Below are positions 1 through 11,629 of a stretch of DNA of 40,865 bases, one piece after another (the stretch's first letter is position 1; each line of letters opens with the position of its first letter). Source of the DNA: Octopus bimaculoides (Eukaryota). The translations under genes were made by a program, and so were the position numbers. Below the pieces are notes generated by a model. That model was given only the letters and a program-made list of their open reading frames with translations. It was not told where the DNA came from and ran no database searches. The stretch covers positions 23,007,977-23,048,841 of the forward strand of contig NC_069003.1 in the NCBI RefSeq assembly GCF_001194135.2. Direction: 5' to 3'.

Positions 1-56
<56 letters not shown>

Positions 57-290
57 GTATATATATATATATATATATATACACATACATACCTACATAT
101 ATATTTATGTATATATACATGTACAAGTACATATACACCTGTATTTAAGTATCAAATGCGTCATGTGCGTGAGTATATAGAGAATGCATAATAGCCTGCG
201 TATATCCATATAATGTAATATATGTATGTATATATATATATATGTATGTATATATATATGTATATATATATATATATATATAAATACCTA

Positions 291-330
<40 letters not shown>

Positions 331-370
331 GCATATATATGAGCATGCTTATGTACAGATATATGGTTGT
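1..370. repeat. (AT)n / (ATAC/ATGT)n compound microsatellite
   Basis: Long pure and interrupted AT dinucleotide runs; explains the YI/IY-repeat ORFs. Confidence 0.95.
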
Positions 371-906
371 ATGTGTAAGAGTATTTAACCGTCTTCATAT
401 TTATAGGTATACCTTTCTACGTGGTAATAATCAGACAATTGTACTAAGATGGTCGGCTCATACAGACTGACACGTACACACACACATATACACGCACACA
501 TATTATGCATGCATAATATACCTGCTTATATGTGTGTGTGTGTGTGTGTGTCTGTGTGTGTGTGTGTACCTTGGGATTTGAAAACAAGCTACTAAATATA
601 CGTAGCAGAGTTCATTAATAGATTAAAAACCGAAGTGTCATTCAGTGCTGTTGATGCTCAGTTTCAACATCTTTAACTTAATGACAATAGAAACCAAAAT
701 AAAACGGAGGTAGGCATGGATTCCGTGAGGGTTAACGTTAGTGCACGGCCTGGGAAGTAAGAGAGTATGGATAATGAGAAATGGGTATGTTGGGTGGGTT
801 TGCCTTGACGAGCAGATACCACTGAAGTACGGTAGGAAAGGTAAGACGAGAAGAAAAGGCCCACCTGTAGGTCAGGCGTTGAAGACGATTTTGGTTGTTA
901 AATCAT

Positions 907-1450
907 TACTCTTTTACTCTTTTACTTGTTTTAGTCATTTGACTGCGGCCATGCTGGAGCACCGCCTTTAGTCGAGCAAATCGACCCCAGGACTTATTCT
1001 TTGGAAGCTTAGTACTTATTCTATCGATCACTTTTTGCCGAACCGCTAAGTATACGGGTACGTAAACACACCAGCATCGGTTGTCAAGCGATGATGGGGG
1101 GACAAACACCGACACACAAACGCACATATATATATACATATATACGACGGGCTTCTTNNNNNNNNNNATCACTTTTTGCCGAACCGCTAAGTATACGGGT
1201 ACGTAAACACACCAGCATCGGTTGTCAAGCGATGATGGGGGGACAAACACCGACACACAAACGCACATATATATATACATATATACGACGGGCTTCTTTC
1301 AGTTTCCGTCTACCAAATCCACTCACAAGGTTTTGGTCGGCCCGAGGCTATAGTAGAAGACACTTGCCCAAGGTGCCACGCAGTGGGACTGAACCCAGAA
1401 CCATGTGGTTGGGAAGCGAGCTACTTATCACACAGCCACTCCTACGTCTA
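907..1450 (-). mobile_element. tRNA-derived SINE, family A (full length; internal segment duplicated across a 10-N gap)
   Basis: Reverse complement has A-box-like (GGCTGTGTGATAAG) and B-box-like (GGTTCAGTCCC) head, GGCACCTTGGGCAAGTGTCTT body, central AT run, 3' GCAGTCAAATGACT and (AAGAGTA)n tail; near-identical to copies at 9045, 11415, 20254, 32888. Confidence 0.9.
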
Positions 1451-1550
1451 TAACTGTCATTCGGACAGTTTTGCGTGGGTTACAGTTTTGGATGTTAGTG
1501 TGTGCAGCAGCAAGAGCGTCTTAGTTGTTTGACAATATTCTCGTAGTGGT

Positions 1551-1763
1551 AAGGCGACGAGCTGGCAGAATCGTTAGCGTGCTGGGCAAAATGCTTAGCA
1601 GTATTTTGTCCGACTTAACGTCCTGAGTTCAAATGCTGCCGAGGTTGACTTTGCCGCTCATCCTTTGTAGGTCGATAAAATAAGTATCAGTTAAGCTATA
1701 GAATCGATGTAATCAACTTGCCTTCTCCCACGAAATTGCTGGCCCTGTGCCAAAACTTGAAGC
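1551..1763 (+). mobile_element. SINE family B with TSD
   Basis: AAGGCGACGAGCTGGCAGAATCGTTAGC head, GAGTTCAAAT B-box, TTTGCC..TCATCCTTT..GGTCGATAAA core; direct repeat CAATATTCTCGT at 1533-1544 and 1764-1775. Confidence 0.9.
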
Positions 1764-1950
1764 CAATATTCTCGTTGTAGCTCTTACAAAAGATTTTTTT
1801 GGAGAGTTAGCAACTGAAGTATTTTCTGTTTGTGAAGAGGAAAGTTAATCTTTTTTGCGTAGGTTTTATGTTAAGCTGATTGTGATGGTATGTGTGTTGC
1901 ACGAGATTAAAGAGAATGGTTTGTAATTGTGTTTCTGTATATATGTCCGC

Positions 1951-2044
1951 ATACACGTACACACACGCATCCACACACATCACACATATACACACACATA
2001 CACATTCACTCACACAAACAAACGCACACACACACTCACACAAA

Positions 2045-2106
<62 letters not shown>

Positions 2107-2130
2107 CTCTCTTTTTCACACACATACACA
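1951..2130. repeat. (CA)n compound microsatellite
   Basis: Long CA run; source of the HT/CV-repeat ORFs. Confidence 0.95.
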
Positions 2131-2379
2131 TGCAAACACAATGTAGGATCTATCGAGTAATTTAAAGTGCAGTTCGTTAGCCTCCAGCATAAACACGGCT
2201 TGTATGGAAAAACGGATGACTCAATAATTGGTTCAAAAATTTATCAATCGATACATCAAACACAGTTTGTCCCGTATCGAGATTAGGCAGCAAATTCTGC
2301 TGAGAGGTTCAAAATTCTGCTGAGAGGTTCAAAATTAACATAATTTGCTTGTAATGCTATAATCAAATTTGTAAATAAA

Positions 2380-2680
2380 AAAGGATTGAAATGGTCGTCG
2401 AGTGCTACAATTGTTTCAGAAGCACATAAGATGTATCTCACGTAACATTACGAATGTCCTGTAACTGTCTGATATGGTTTCCCCTCAGATATATACGGCT
2501 TTTATTTTGAAAATAGTTGAAAATAGTCTTAGCAGAATACAAAATCGGGCTATCAAAACAAAAAGCAGGGAAGGAGATTGGAATCGGTAAAGAATCGATG
2601 GCGTGTCTTACTTACCTCCACGAGGAAGTTTGGCTGTCGTTTCATTATGTTATCAGTATGCTCAAATTTTTGTTGTGGCT
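2380..2680 (+). mobile_element. Possible highly decayed L2/CR1-like LINE ORF2 C-terminal fragment
   Basis: Fragments SLSRIQNRAIK and YLPPRGSLAVVSLCYQY loosely match the L(D/E)R(I/V)QxRA and LxxRRxVAxLSLFYRY motifs of L2/CR1-type ORF2 tails; frameshifted and weak. Confidence 0.35.
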
Positions 2681-2947
2681 ACAGTATATTATAATCACAT
2701 TAATGTATGTGGCATGAATTATGAGAAGCTAGCGCGTCGAAAGGATGTTTATTGCTTAATTTTGAGGAAAATGACTAATAAAAGCTCATATAGGAAAACC
2801 AGGGAAGGAGAAAGAAGGGACAGAGAAAATAGAGATAAAGGAAAAGAAAAATGGACAAAGATGAATGTTACTTTTATGTATATACACATGAATACTCTGG
2901 TCTAAACACACGCAAATAGGAGAGAGAAGCTACATTAACGTACAAAT

Positions 2948-3085
2948 CTCTTTTACTTATTTCAATCATTAGACTTAGACTGCGGCCATACTGGGGCACT
3001 GCATTGAAGAATTTTAGTCGAATGAATCGACCCCAGTACTAAAATGTTTTGAAGCCTTGTCGTTATTCTATCGGTCTGTAAACTA
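2948..3085 (-). mobile_element. SINE family A, diverged 3' fragment
   Basis: CTCTTTTACTT..GACTGCGGCCATACTGG..TTTAGTCGA..ATCGACCCCAGTACT matches the family A 3' half. Confidence 0.7.
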
Positions 3086-3271
3086 GTTAGCTGCGAGAGG
3101 CAGCGTTTCGCAGGATGTATACAATGTGCTGTTACAGCCGTCTCTTTCAATCAGGAATAACAAAAGCTGGCAGGTCAGCTTATTAGACATATAGTAATGA
3201 TATACTGAAATTACAGTTATCTAGGACAGTTATAACTGCCTCTCCTTAAGTCTCAAGACTTCTGGAATGCG

Positions 3272-3275
<4 letters not shown>

Positions 3276-3315
<40 letters not shown>
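3276..3315. repeat. (GT)n microsatellite
   Basis: Pure GT run. Confidence 0.95.
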
Positions 3316-3317
<2 letters not shown>

Positions 3318-4124
3318 TTATGCATATCTTAGTGAAAAAAAGAACTGATTTATTATTCTTTTTGCTGGACATAAAGTGCAGATCAAGTAGTTGAACGTTA
3401 ATGTGATTCAGAAAAAAGATAAAGAGAATTTATAGGAGGAACAGAAATTAAATATTCGACATTATGATGTCATGCATTCACTAAGAGATAATTAAATAAA
3501 CTTTGTATTTTTGAACCGAACTAACGACAGTTGCTTTGCTAATTATTGCCTATTAATAGCTGGTTGCTAGAGAATTTTTAAATACTGATTATTTTAATTA
3601 ATAAGGTTTGTTCTCCAAAGTTTACGATGGAGATAAAATAATTAAAAATGTCATCTCATTGGTAGGAAGATTAGACAGATATGAAGCATTAATTATGGAT
3701 TTAATGGAAACTTTATGTTCCACAGGATGTTTCTTTTAATGATTTTCACAATAAGATTTTTTTTACTCCATTCTATAATTACACAAAATATTAAATTATT
3801 TAAGACCATCAAGTTATAAAAGAAAATTATATTATAGGAGTCATGTTTCCTCAAGATCTATTAGATAAATGAAATAAAATCTTTGCTATAGGGAGGCGAA
3901 AGCGGGCAGTGAACTATTTTAGCCTTATCAAAAGGTTAAATATTCAATTGTTTTATTATCTGATTATAAAGTGGAGCTTCCTGTATATTTGAGTAATAAA
4001 GAAATAGGTTTGGTTATTTCGAAAGTCTACATCATTATAAATAACAACACGAAGGTCAAAATGTCTATTGGGGTGGAGCGTGGGGGAAACATTAGTGTCT
4101 CAGTTACACTATTATCTAGCTGTT

Positions 4125-4336
4125 AAAGGCAGCGAGCTGGCAGAACCGTAAGCAAACCGGGGAAAATGCTTTGCAGCATTTCACTGTCTTTATGTTCTGA
4201 GTTCAAATTCCGCCGAGGTCGACTTTGCCTTTCATCCTTTTGGGTATAAGTACCAACTACGTCCTAGGATCGACGCAATCGACTATCTCCAGCCCGAAGA
4301 AATTTCAGGCCTTGTGCCTATAGCAGAAAGGATTAT
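4125..4336 (+). mobile_element. SINE family B, variant-tail subfamily
   Basis: B head and core; tail ends GGCCTTGTGCCTATAGCAGAAAGGATTATT rather than ...GCCAAAATTTGAAACCAAT; flanks ATTATCTAGCTG and ATTTTCTAGCTG resemble a TSD. Confidence 0.85.
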
Positions 4337-4857
4337 TTTCTAGCTGACAAACAAGGGAAACAGTTGGATTATTAGCTGACGTCATTTTCTTTTCTCAAAA
4401 GCATATTATTTTTTAATAAATATTTCTATATAGAAGTTAGTTACTACAATGCCAATAAGCAATTGTGAAGTTATACACTATGTAACCTTTCTATATAGTA
4501 GGTAGTCACTACAGGAGGCAATAGACAATGGTAAAGGCTAATGTTCTGCTGGCGTTGTCTACCGTGTTTGCTTTGGTGCAAAGCCTTTTTTATTTTCCCT
4601 AATTAAATTTAATATTTTTTCTTTATTGCCGTTTTTGACCATCTGGTTGTTTCTGATATTATGGGAAATACTAGAAATAATAAAACTTACCTTTGTATTC
4701 AATAATTTTAGTTAGCATACGACGTATAGTTTATTTTATAAAAATAGAAATTTTGTCCCTTGAACAAAAAAGACACCAGAGAAGATAGATTGAACACAGC
4801 ACCTGTATTTCTCATTTTTAGTTGATTCACACAAGCAATTATGTTTAAATTGGATTA

Positions 4858-5096
4858 ACATTGATTTCAAATTTTGGCACGAGTCGAGCATTTTCGGCGG
4901 GGTGGGGTGGCAGAGTTGGTGGGGGTAAGTCGATTACATCAACGCCAGTACTTAACTGACATTTATTTTACCGACACCGAAAGAATGAAAGGCAAAATCA
5001 ACCTCGGCGGAATTTGAATTTAGAACATGAAGACGGATGAAATGCCGCTAAGCATCTTTCCCGGAGTGTTAACAATTTTTCCAGCTCGCCCCCTTA
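4858..5096 (-). mobile_element. SINE family B
   Basis: Reverse-complement B copy, TTGATTTCAAATTTTGGCAC...CCAGCTCGCC. Confidence 0.85.
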
Positions 5097-5445
5097 GACT
5101 GACCTAATATTATAAATATATTGAGAAAGATATAGTCTAATTTAATCGAGTTTGTACATAACTATATTATATTCGTTCAAGTTCAGTATATAACTGGTGT
5201 ATTTATTCAGGGTGAAGGCCAAATTTTCTTAGATACAAAACCAGAACATAGAAGACAATAAAATGATAAAACTGTAAGTGGATTTAATACAGTGTTTTAC
5301 CATTTCTTCTTCTGCACCACCCATTTTCAATGGCGATTATCATTGGATTCTAAACCAGTAATTAAGATATCGGTCGAAATTCCGTGGATGCATAACTAGT
5401 CTTGGTTTCTATTACTATAGAATTATCTGCACTGAACATCAAACT

Positions 5446-5751
5446 GTGGATGTATATTGCCTAGTGGCTAGAGCAGTGGAGTCGCGGTCGAGAGGTCGCG
5501 GGTTCGAATCTCAGACCGGGCGATGTATGCGTTTATGAGCGAAGCACCTAAGTTCCACGCGGCTCCGGCAGAAGTTAATGGCAAACTTCTGCTGATTCTT
5601 CTGCCACAGCTTTCCCTCACACTTTCCTCCTGCATCCAGCAGCTCACCTGTGACGGACCTGGCATCCCTTCTAGGTGGGGAACCTATACGCCTATGAAAC
5701 CGGGAAACCGGCCCTTATGAGCCAGGCATGGCTCGAGAATGAACAAACAAC
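5446..5751 (+). mobile_element. tRNA-derived SINE, family D (head and body shared with family C, different 3' tail)
   Basis: CCTAGTGGCTAGAGCAG A-box and GGTTCGAATCTC B-box; (CAA)n end; 11-bp TSD AACATCAAACT at 5435-5445 and 5752-5762. Confidence 0.85.
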
Positions 5752-6389
5752 AACATCAAACTAATGAAACTATTCATACCGCAATTCCTGATGTTTAAAG
5801 CAAGGAGTGATATTTGATATATAGAATTAACTGATCTATTCCATCTTCCAGATAGCTAGACTATTTCTGTAGAATTATAATATTCGGCAGTGATTTCGAA
5901 ACACTCACATTAACGTACATTTTTCTCTATATATGACACTGTAAAATCTCAACTCAAAATGAAGTTTTGAAACGATTCGTAATTCTTTTGAAATTGAAAC
6001 ATTTCGATATTTGATATTTCAAAAGCCGTCGGACATTATTATTATTATTATTATTATTATTGATATGTGATCTAACAGAACATAGCAAATGGCGGAAAAA
6101 ATATCATAAAACCCGCGTGCGTTATAAAATAATGGGAATTTTTTTTTCTCTTTCAAAACATTAATCGATTTTGTTTGGTTCGAATATATGCTATGTTTTT
6201 ATTACTTTTACACTTATCTCCCCCAAATAATACTCTTCCCGTTGAACTCAATTATAAAGTTTATTGATCGATCCTTACGAGTTTACAAGAAGATGACATG
6301 TAGGAATGATTATGTTTATTGTTGTGATAACACCAATAAATATGAGGACGTTTATAATGTTGAGGGTAATTATGAGGAAGATACTAGTC

Positions 6390-6955
6390 TGCTGCTGCTG
6401 CTGCTACTACTACTACTACTGCTGCTCTTCTGTCACGTGGTTATAGTGCGATAATCAGTTCAGTTATGCTTCTTATCCACCCACAACTCATGGTTTAGAG
6501 GAGGAGAAGGAGAAAGAGGAGCAGGTTTTTATCCTTTCTATGCATAAGTCTGTTTCTGTGGTACCTATTTGTTCTTTGTATGGGAGACTTCCTAACTAAT
6601 TCTGGCTGAACCAAGTAAACAGGTTTTCTGGATTGCCCTCTCCCAGATTAAGGTCTAACTTTCCAAGATTAGCTCTCAGAATGCTTTGTCTTAATTCCTG
6701 AAGCCCCAGTGATAATTGATGCGATCATGACTGCCTTAAATTCTTTGTTCCAGTGTTTGAAGCTTTCATACTCCAAGCTGGAGTAGTACTCTACTTTTTC
6801 TTTTATTTTCTAGTACCGTTTTGCATTGCCCATTCGGGTATGAAGTATACCCACTTTCGTCTTTGTTGTACGTTTTGGGGCTGGATCCATTTCGAGGAGT
6901 ATCCTGCTCTTTTTATTTGGGACGGTAAAGTCAATTACCAGGCACTTTTTCTATT
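6390..6955 (-). mobile_element. R4/Dong-like non-LTR retrotransposon 3' fragment (RLE domain) with (CAG/TAG)n tail
   Basis: Minus-strand translation gives IDFTVP, IASIITGASG (cf. IPIIVGALG) and AIQKTCLLGSARI (cf. LQKxxLLGTARI), the conserved C-terminus of R4/Dong-class RLE elements; broken by frameshifts. Confidence 0.7.
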
Positions 6956-6957
6956 CT

Positions 6958-6999
6958 CTTCTTCTTCTACTACTACTACTACTACTAAATCAGACCTTC

Positions 7000-7045
<46 letters not shown>
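6958..7045. repeat. (CTT)(CTA)(ATT)n trinucleotide microsatellites
   Basis: Direct inspection; the ATT run resumes after the SINE at 7262. Confidence 0.9.
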
Positions 7046-7047
<2 letters not shown>

Positions 7048-7262
7048 GGTGGCAAACTGGCAGACTCGTTAGCACGCTGGGCTAAATGCTTAGCAGTATT
7101 TCGCCCGTCGCTAGGTTCTGAGTTCAAATTCCGCTGTGGTCGACTTTGGCTGTCATCCTCTCGGGGTCGATAAATTAAGTACCAGTTGAATACTGGGCTC
7201 GATGTAATCGACACATCCCCTCCCCACAATGGCTGCTCTTGCAGCAAAATTTGAAACTATTA
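7046..7262 (+). mobile_element. SINE family B inserted in an (ATT)n tract
   Basis: Full B copy flanked on both sides by ATT repeats. Confidence 0.88.
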
Positions 7263-7279
7263 TTATTATTATAATATTT

Positions 7280-7820
7280 NNNNNNNNNNNNNNNNNNNNN
7301 NNNNNNNNNNNNNNNNNNNNNNNNNNNNNNNNNNNNNNNNNNNNNNNNNNNNNNNNNNNNNNNNNNNNNNNNNNNNNNNNNNNNNNNNNNNNNNNNNNNN
7401 NNNNNNNNNNNNNNNNNNNNNNNNNNNNNNNNNNNNNNNNNNNNNNNNNNNNNNNNNNNNNNNNNNNNNNNNNNNNNNNNNNNNNNNNNNNNNNNNNNNN
7501 NNNNNNNNNNNNNNNNNNNNNNNNNNNNNNNNNNNNNNNNNNNNNNNNNNNNNNNNNNNNNNNNNNNNNNNNNNNNNNNNNNNNNNNNNNNNNNNNNNNN
7601 NNNNNNNNNNNNNNNNNNNNNNNNNNNNNNNNNNNNNNNNNNNNNNNNNNNNNNNNNNNNNNNNNNNNNNNNNNNNNNNNNNNNNNNNNNNNNNNNNNNN
7701 NNNNNNNNNNNNNNNNNNNNNNNNNNNNNNNNNNNNNNNNNNNNNNNNNNNNNNNNNNNNNNNNNNNNNNNNNNNNNNNNNNNNNNNNNNNNNNNNNNNN
7801 NNNNNNNNNNNNNNNNNNNN
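7280..7820. other. Assembly gap
   Basis: N run followed by (AT)n. Other gaps: 1158-1167, 16164-16502, 17517-17587, 38816-39537. Confidence 0.99.
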
Positions 7821-7885
7821 ATATATATATATATATATATATATATAATGTGTATATATATAATGCATGTAAATATATATATAAT

Positions 7886-8095
7886 TTTTTACTTGTTTTA
7901 GTCATTGGACTGCAGCCATGCTGGAGCACCGCCTTGCAGCTTTTGTCTCAAGTAATTATTGTTTTTAAGTGTGGTACTTAATATCTCTCTCTCTCTTTTG
8001 CTGAACCGCTAAGTTACGAGGACGTTAACAAATTAACACCGGTTGTCTAGAGGTGGTGGTGGTAGTGGTGTACAAACACAAAAACACGTACATAG
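7886..8095 (-). mobile_element. SINE family A, diverged 3' half
   Basis: TTTTACTTGTTTTAGTCATTGGACTGCAGCCATGCTGGAGCACCGCC and GAACCGCTAAGTTACG match family A. Confidence 0.75.
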
Positions 8096-8104
8096 ATATA
8101 CACA

Positions 8105-8146
<42 letters not shown>

Positions 8147-8574
8147 TGGAAACACATGCATACGCATATCGTTTTTATTTTAAGAACTGTAACGATAAAG
8201 GGTTTTAAGGAATTAGAAGATTTATTGCAAGCAACGCTATGCCACAAGCTATTTGAAAAATGCAGCCTATCGTGTGAATGACAGTTTTAATAACAATAAC
8301 ATTAATAGCATTATTCGAACTGTAACCCTTTTAAGAATTAGTTGGGGGTAGATGGGGAAGAAAACGCCCATGTCAGACTTGAACGGCGAGTTTGACATGG
8401 ATTATTTTTTGATTGTAGAATGATGATTGTAACAAAAGTATGTAAATGGGACTTGTAAAAGCTGGCAGCTATAAAATAAGCGATGTGCAGACTGTGTGGT
8501 AGAATAGTTTTGATAAGAGGATACAGAGTGGCTTTGGTAGGATGTTGTAACAGTCGGTTATCACCGAACTTTAA

Positions 8575-8788
8575 CCCTTTAGCGTTCAGATTTCTTTGTC
8601 GAATGTAATACTTATCTATTGTTTTAGATTAATCAAGCATTTTCTTGTAGCTTCAAGATTTCACTTGTGTGTTCGTACATTTTGAGAATGACATTGTAGG
8701 GTAGGTTTGAGATGTTAGGCCAGCTCAGTTTTAACATCAAACAGGTAGCATATTTGGACCGGATGAGGCCGGATTAAATGTTAAAGGG
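8575..8788. mobile_element. piggyBac-like non-autonomous element (MITE)
   Basis: TTAA at 8571-8574 and 8789-8792; left end CCCTTTAGCGTT, right end reverse complement CCCTTTAACATT (10/12); no ORF. Confidence 0.8.
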
Positions 8789-9044
8789 TTAAGGCCTGTG
8801 CAAAAGCTAGTAGTTCTTTCCCAGAAGACTGTCTAATTGGAAATTGTGGATAATTAGTAAATATCGGTTCATAACTCGCTTTCGAGCAAGGTGGTGCCAT
8901 CAACCAAACCATGAAACGATGCTAGGTAAAATACAAGCCGTCTTCCACTTGTTCATTATTCATGCAACTCGCTGTGTAACACGATTTTGTCTTTGAGTAG
9001 CAACTGTTATTTCCTATTTGCTTACACCTAGAAAGTATGAAATA

Positions 9045-9420
9045 TACTCTTTTACTTGTTTCAGTCATTTGACTGCGGCCATACTGGAGCACCGCCTTTT
9101 AGTCGAGCAAATCGACCCCAGGACTTATTCTTTGTAAGCCTAGTACTTATTCTATCGGTCTCTTTTGCCGAACCGCTAAGTAACGGGGACATAAACACAC
9201 CGGCATCGGTTGTCAAGCAATGCTAGGGGGGACAGACACACAAACACACACATATATATATATACATATATACGACGGGATTCTTTCAGTTTCCGTCTAC
9301 CAAATCCACCCACAAGGCTTTGGTCGGCCCGAGCCTATAGTAGAAGACACTTGCCCAAGGTGCCACGCAGTGGGACTGAACCCGGAACCATGTGGTTGGT
9401 AAGCAAGCTACTTACCACAC
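9045..9420 (-). mobile_element. SINE family A (5' ~20 nt missing)
   Basis: Low-divergence match to the 11415 and 32888 copies. Confidence 0.92.
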
Positions 9421-9650
9421 ACTTCAAACTTTGCTTTTGTTACCTTAATTCAAACTCCAAAGAATCCCTCTCAACGCATGGCCGGGATGCTCCCCAACTA
9501 TTCCTACCCATGATCAGAGAGGCACATATTATCAGCCACTAAGGGACACGTGGTTATGGTCAAGCGACCGACAAGCAAATCTGTAATATTGAGCAAAATA
9601 TTTGCTATGAAGATATGTCTGCTTCACAACTCAGTGCTGAATCTCTCTGA
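9421..9650 (-). mobile_element. Unclassified interspersed repeat, family E fragment
   Basis: Reverse complement GCAAATATTTTGCTCAATATTACAGATTTGCTTGTC matches 13200-13240 (GCAAATATTCTGCTCAATACCACAGATTTGCTTGTC). Confidence 0.6.
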
Positions 9651-10270
9651 AATGTAATGGAATGTAGATGAGTTTCAAACCATTGATGTCCAAGTCACAA
9701 AAGCAAAATTTGAAGGGAATGGTGATGATTTCCTTTAATTCTAGATAAAAGCAACTAAGAAATAACATTTACTGACTAAAGGCAAAAAAAGAAATTAAAA
9801 AGGTTTTGCACAGTGTTATTGACATATGAAATTGCGTCAAATGGCTGTTATACTTTATTAGACAGAACCGAGTAATGTTGGTGTCTGGTGTGAAGACCCA
9901 CCCCCTACCACATTCCCTTGATAAGGAAAATCGGACAGAATTTGTCTTCCTGGTATTAATAGTGAAAGGTGTAGCATACTAGGCGAGGTTGACATGATTG
10001 TTGACAGAACTTCCTTCTCCGAACAAAAAACCTATGTCTTCAAATATCATTTGAAGTACAAGATAATGGTGGAAAATGAAGTGTTTATCTTCAGGAACTT
10101 TGGAGTTGTAAACATAATTTTATTATCAGAGGCAGTTTCATTTGGAACTGGAAGCGAACGTCTTTTCAGAGGTTGATTATGGTTTTGTTGAACTCTGTCT
10201 TCGTGAGCTGCAGCTCATCATGTTTGGGTTTTATATAGTCTTTTAACCATAAAGATATATTTTTATGCTC

Positions 10271-10271
10271 T

Positions 10272-10303
<32 letters not shown>

Positions 10304-10306
10304 ACG

Positions 10307-10360
<54 letters not shown>
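10271..10360. repeat. (CA)n/(CACG)n microsatellite
   Basis: Direct inspection. Confidence 0.95.
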
Positions 10361-10363
<3 letters not shown>

Positions 10364-10639
10364 ATATAACCGTGTTTATATATCTGTTTTGCTGTGTGTT
10401 TGTATGTTCAGATGATCGATTTTAAACGTTTTAATAAACCCCTTTGACGTATGTATGTATGTATGTATGTATGTGTGTGTGTGTGTTTAAAATGTATACA
10501 GCATAGGGAATTCACCATAAACTGTGGAGCTTAAATACTCCTATTATACTCTTTAACTAGTTTCAGCTCGAAAGTTGCGGCCATGCTGGGACAACTTTAT
10601 CTATTTTAAGAGAGAGAGATGCAGGGAGATAGGCATACA

Positions 10640-10800
10640 GAGCGCTTCGTGTGACCTTCTTTTCCCAATTGCATAATCTGCGTGCTCTTGTTCCTTGTAT
10701 GTGCGTTTTGCATCGTTCCAAATTTTTTCTTGTGGACCAGGAATTTAATTCAGCTTTCATTATCCAAGTATATTTGGATAAATTTGGTGACATCCCTCTT
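10640..10800 (-). mobile_element. Possible Penelope-like element relic (C-terminal part of the GIY-YIG endonuclease region)
   Basis: ORF 10563-10793(-): SPNLSKYTWIMK..LERCKTHIQGTRARRLCNWEK resembles the PLE pattern S(T)xLSKYIWxLK..I(L)xxCxPYxxGxxxCxLCxxEK. Confidence 0.5.
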
Positions 10801-10819
10801 ATCTATATTTCTGAAAGAG

Positions 10820-11128
10820 TAGGGTAAAAGGGTAAAAACCCCTTTCGGTCTTGAATGACCATGAGATTGCACCTAGAAAATTACCCTCCGAGGCACAAGT
10901 CTGGGCAGGGCTGTTTATGGAAGACCAGCAATCGCCCATGCAACCCAGCCTCCCTCTCCACGCCACCAATGTTATCCAAAGGAACAGCTTGGCACCAGTG
11001 GCGCCTCATCTCATTTCTACAGCTGAGTGAACTGGATTGACGTGAAATAAGGTGTCTTGCTCAAGAACACAGCACACCACCCCGTCCAGTAATCGAACTC
11101 ACTACCTCACGCTCTAATCACTGAGTCA
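10820..11128 (-). mobile_element. tRNA-derived SINE, family G
   Basis: Reverse complement begins CTCAGTGATTAGAGCG..GAGTTCGATT, continues GTGTTCTTGAGCAAGACACCTTATTTCACG..CAGTTCACTCAGCTGTAGAAATGAG, and ends in a (TTTACCCT)-like repeat; similar head at 37144. Confidence 0.75.
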
Positions 11129-11414
11129 TTCTAAAAGAATGACTGCGACTAATAAAGTATTGCTGGAATGGAACTTGAAGCATTCCGACAAAATGTTTGC
11201 TCTCAAAATCTAGGTATTGTTTCGTAGAGATGGTCTGAGTCTCTTAAATAATTACCATTGTTAGGTTGATTGAATGAGTACGAATACTTATTTCTGCAAA
11301 AGCAAGTCACTACTGATGGTTTCACTGGTTTTAGTAGTAGTAGTAGTAGTCACATAATCATTATTGTGGTTATCATTAATAAAATCATCAATATGAATAT
11401 ATAAATCATCAATA

Positions 11415-11577
11415 TAGGCGCAGGCGTGGCTGTGTGGTAAGTAGCTTGCTTACCAATCACTTGGATCCGGGTTCAGTTCCACTGCGTGGCACCTCGGGCA
11501 AGTGTCTTCGACTATAGCCTCGGGCCGACCAAAGCCTTGTGAGTGGATTTGGTAGACGAAACTGAAAGAAGCCCGTC

Positions 11578-11629
<52 letters not shown>

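Noticed and set aside
1027-1298. Exact 131-bp tandem duplication (1027-1157 and 1168-1298) inside a SINE
   Set aside because: The copies are identical and separated by a 10-N gap, which is typical of unmerged overlapping contig ends. Treated as an assembly artefact.
145-2165. ORFs with YI, HT or CV repeats, and similar ones throughout the window
   Set aside because: These are translations of dinucleotide microsatellites with no protein signal.
4528-4602. Signal-peptide-like small ORF MVKANVLLALSTVFALVQSLFYFP with good Kozak context and upstream CCAAT/TATA-like words
   Set aside because: Only 24 codons, no convincing splice donor, and the start lies in a decayed ~65-bp direct repeat (ACTACA..CAATA..CAAT.GT.AAG twice). 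Most likely chance.
9662-10170. Coding-looking segment ending SERLFRG (hAT dimerisation-like)
   Set aside because: Multiple stops in all frames and only a tetrapeptide-level resemblance, so it cannot be supported.
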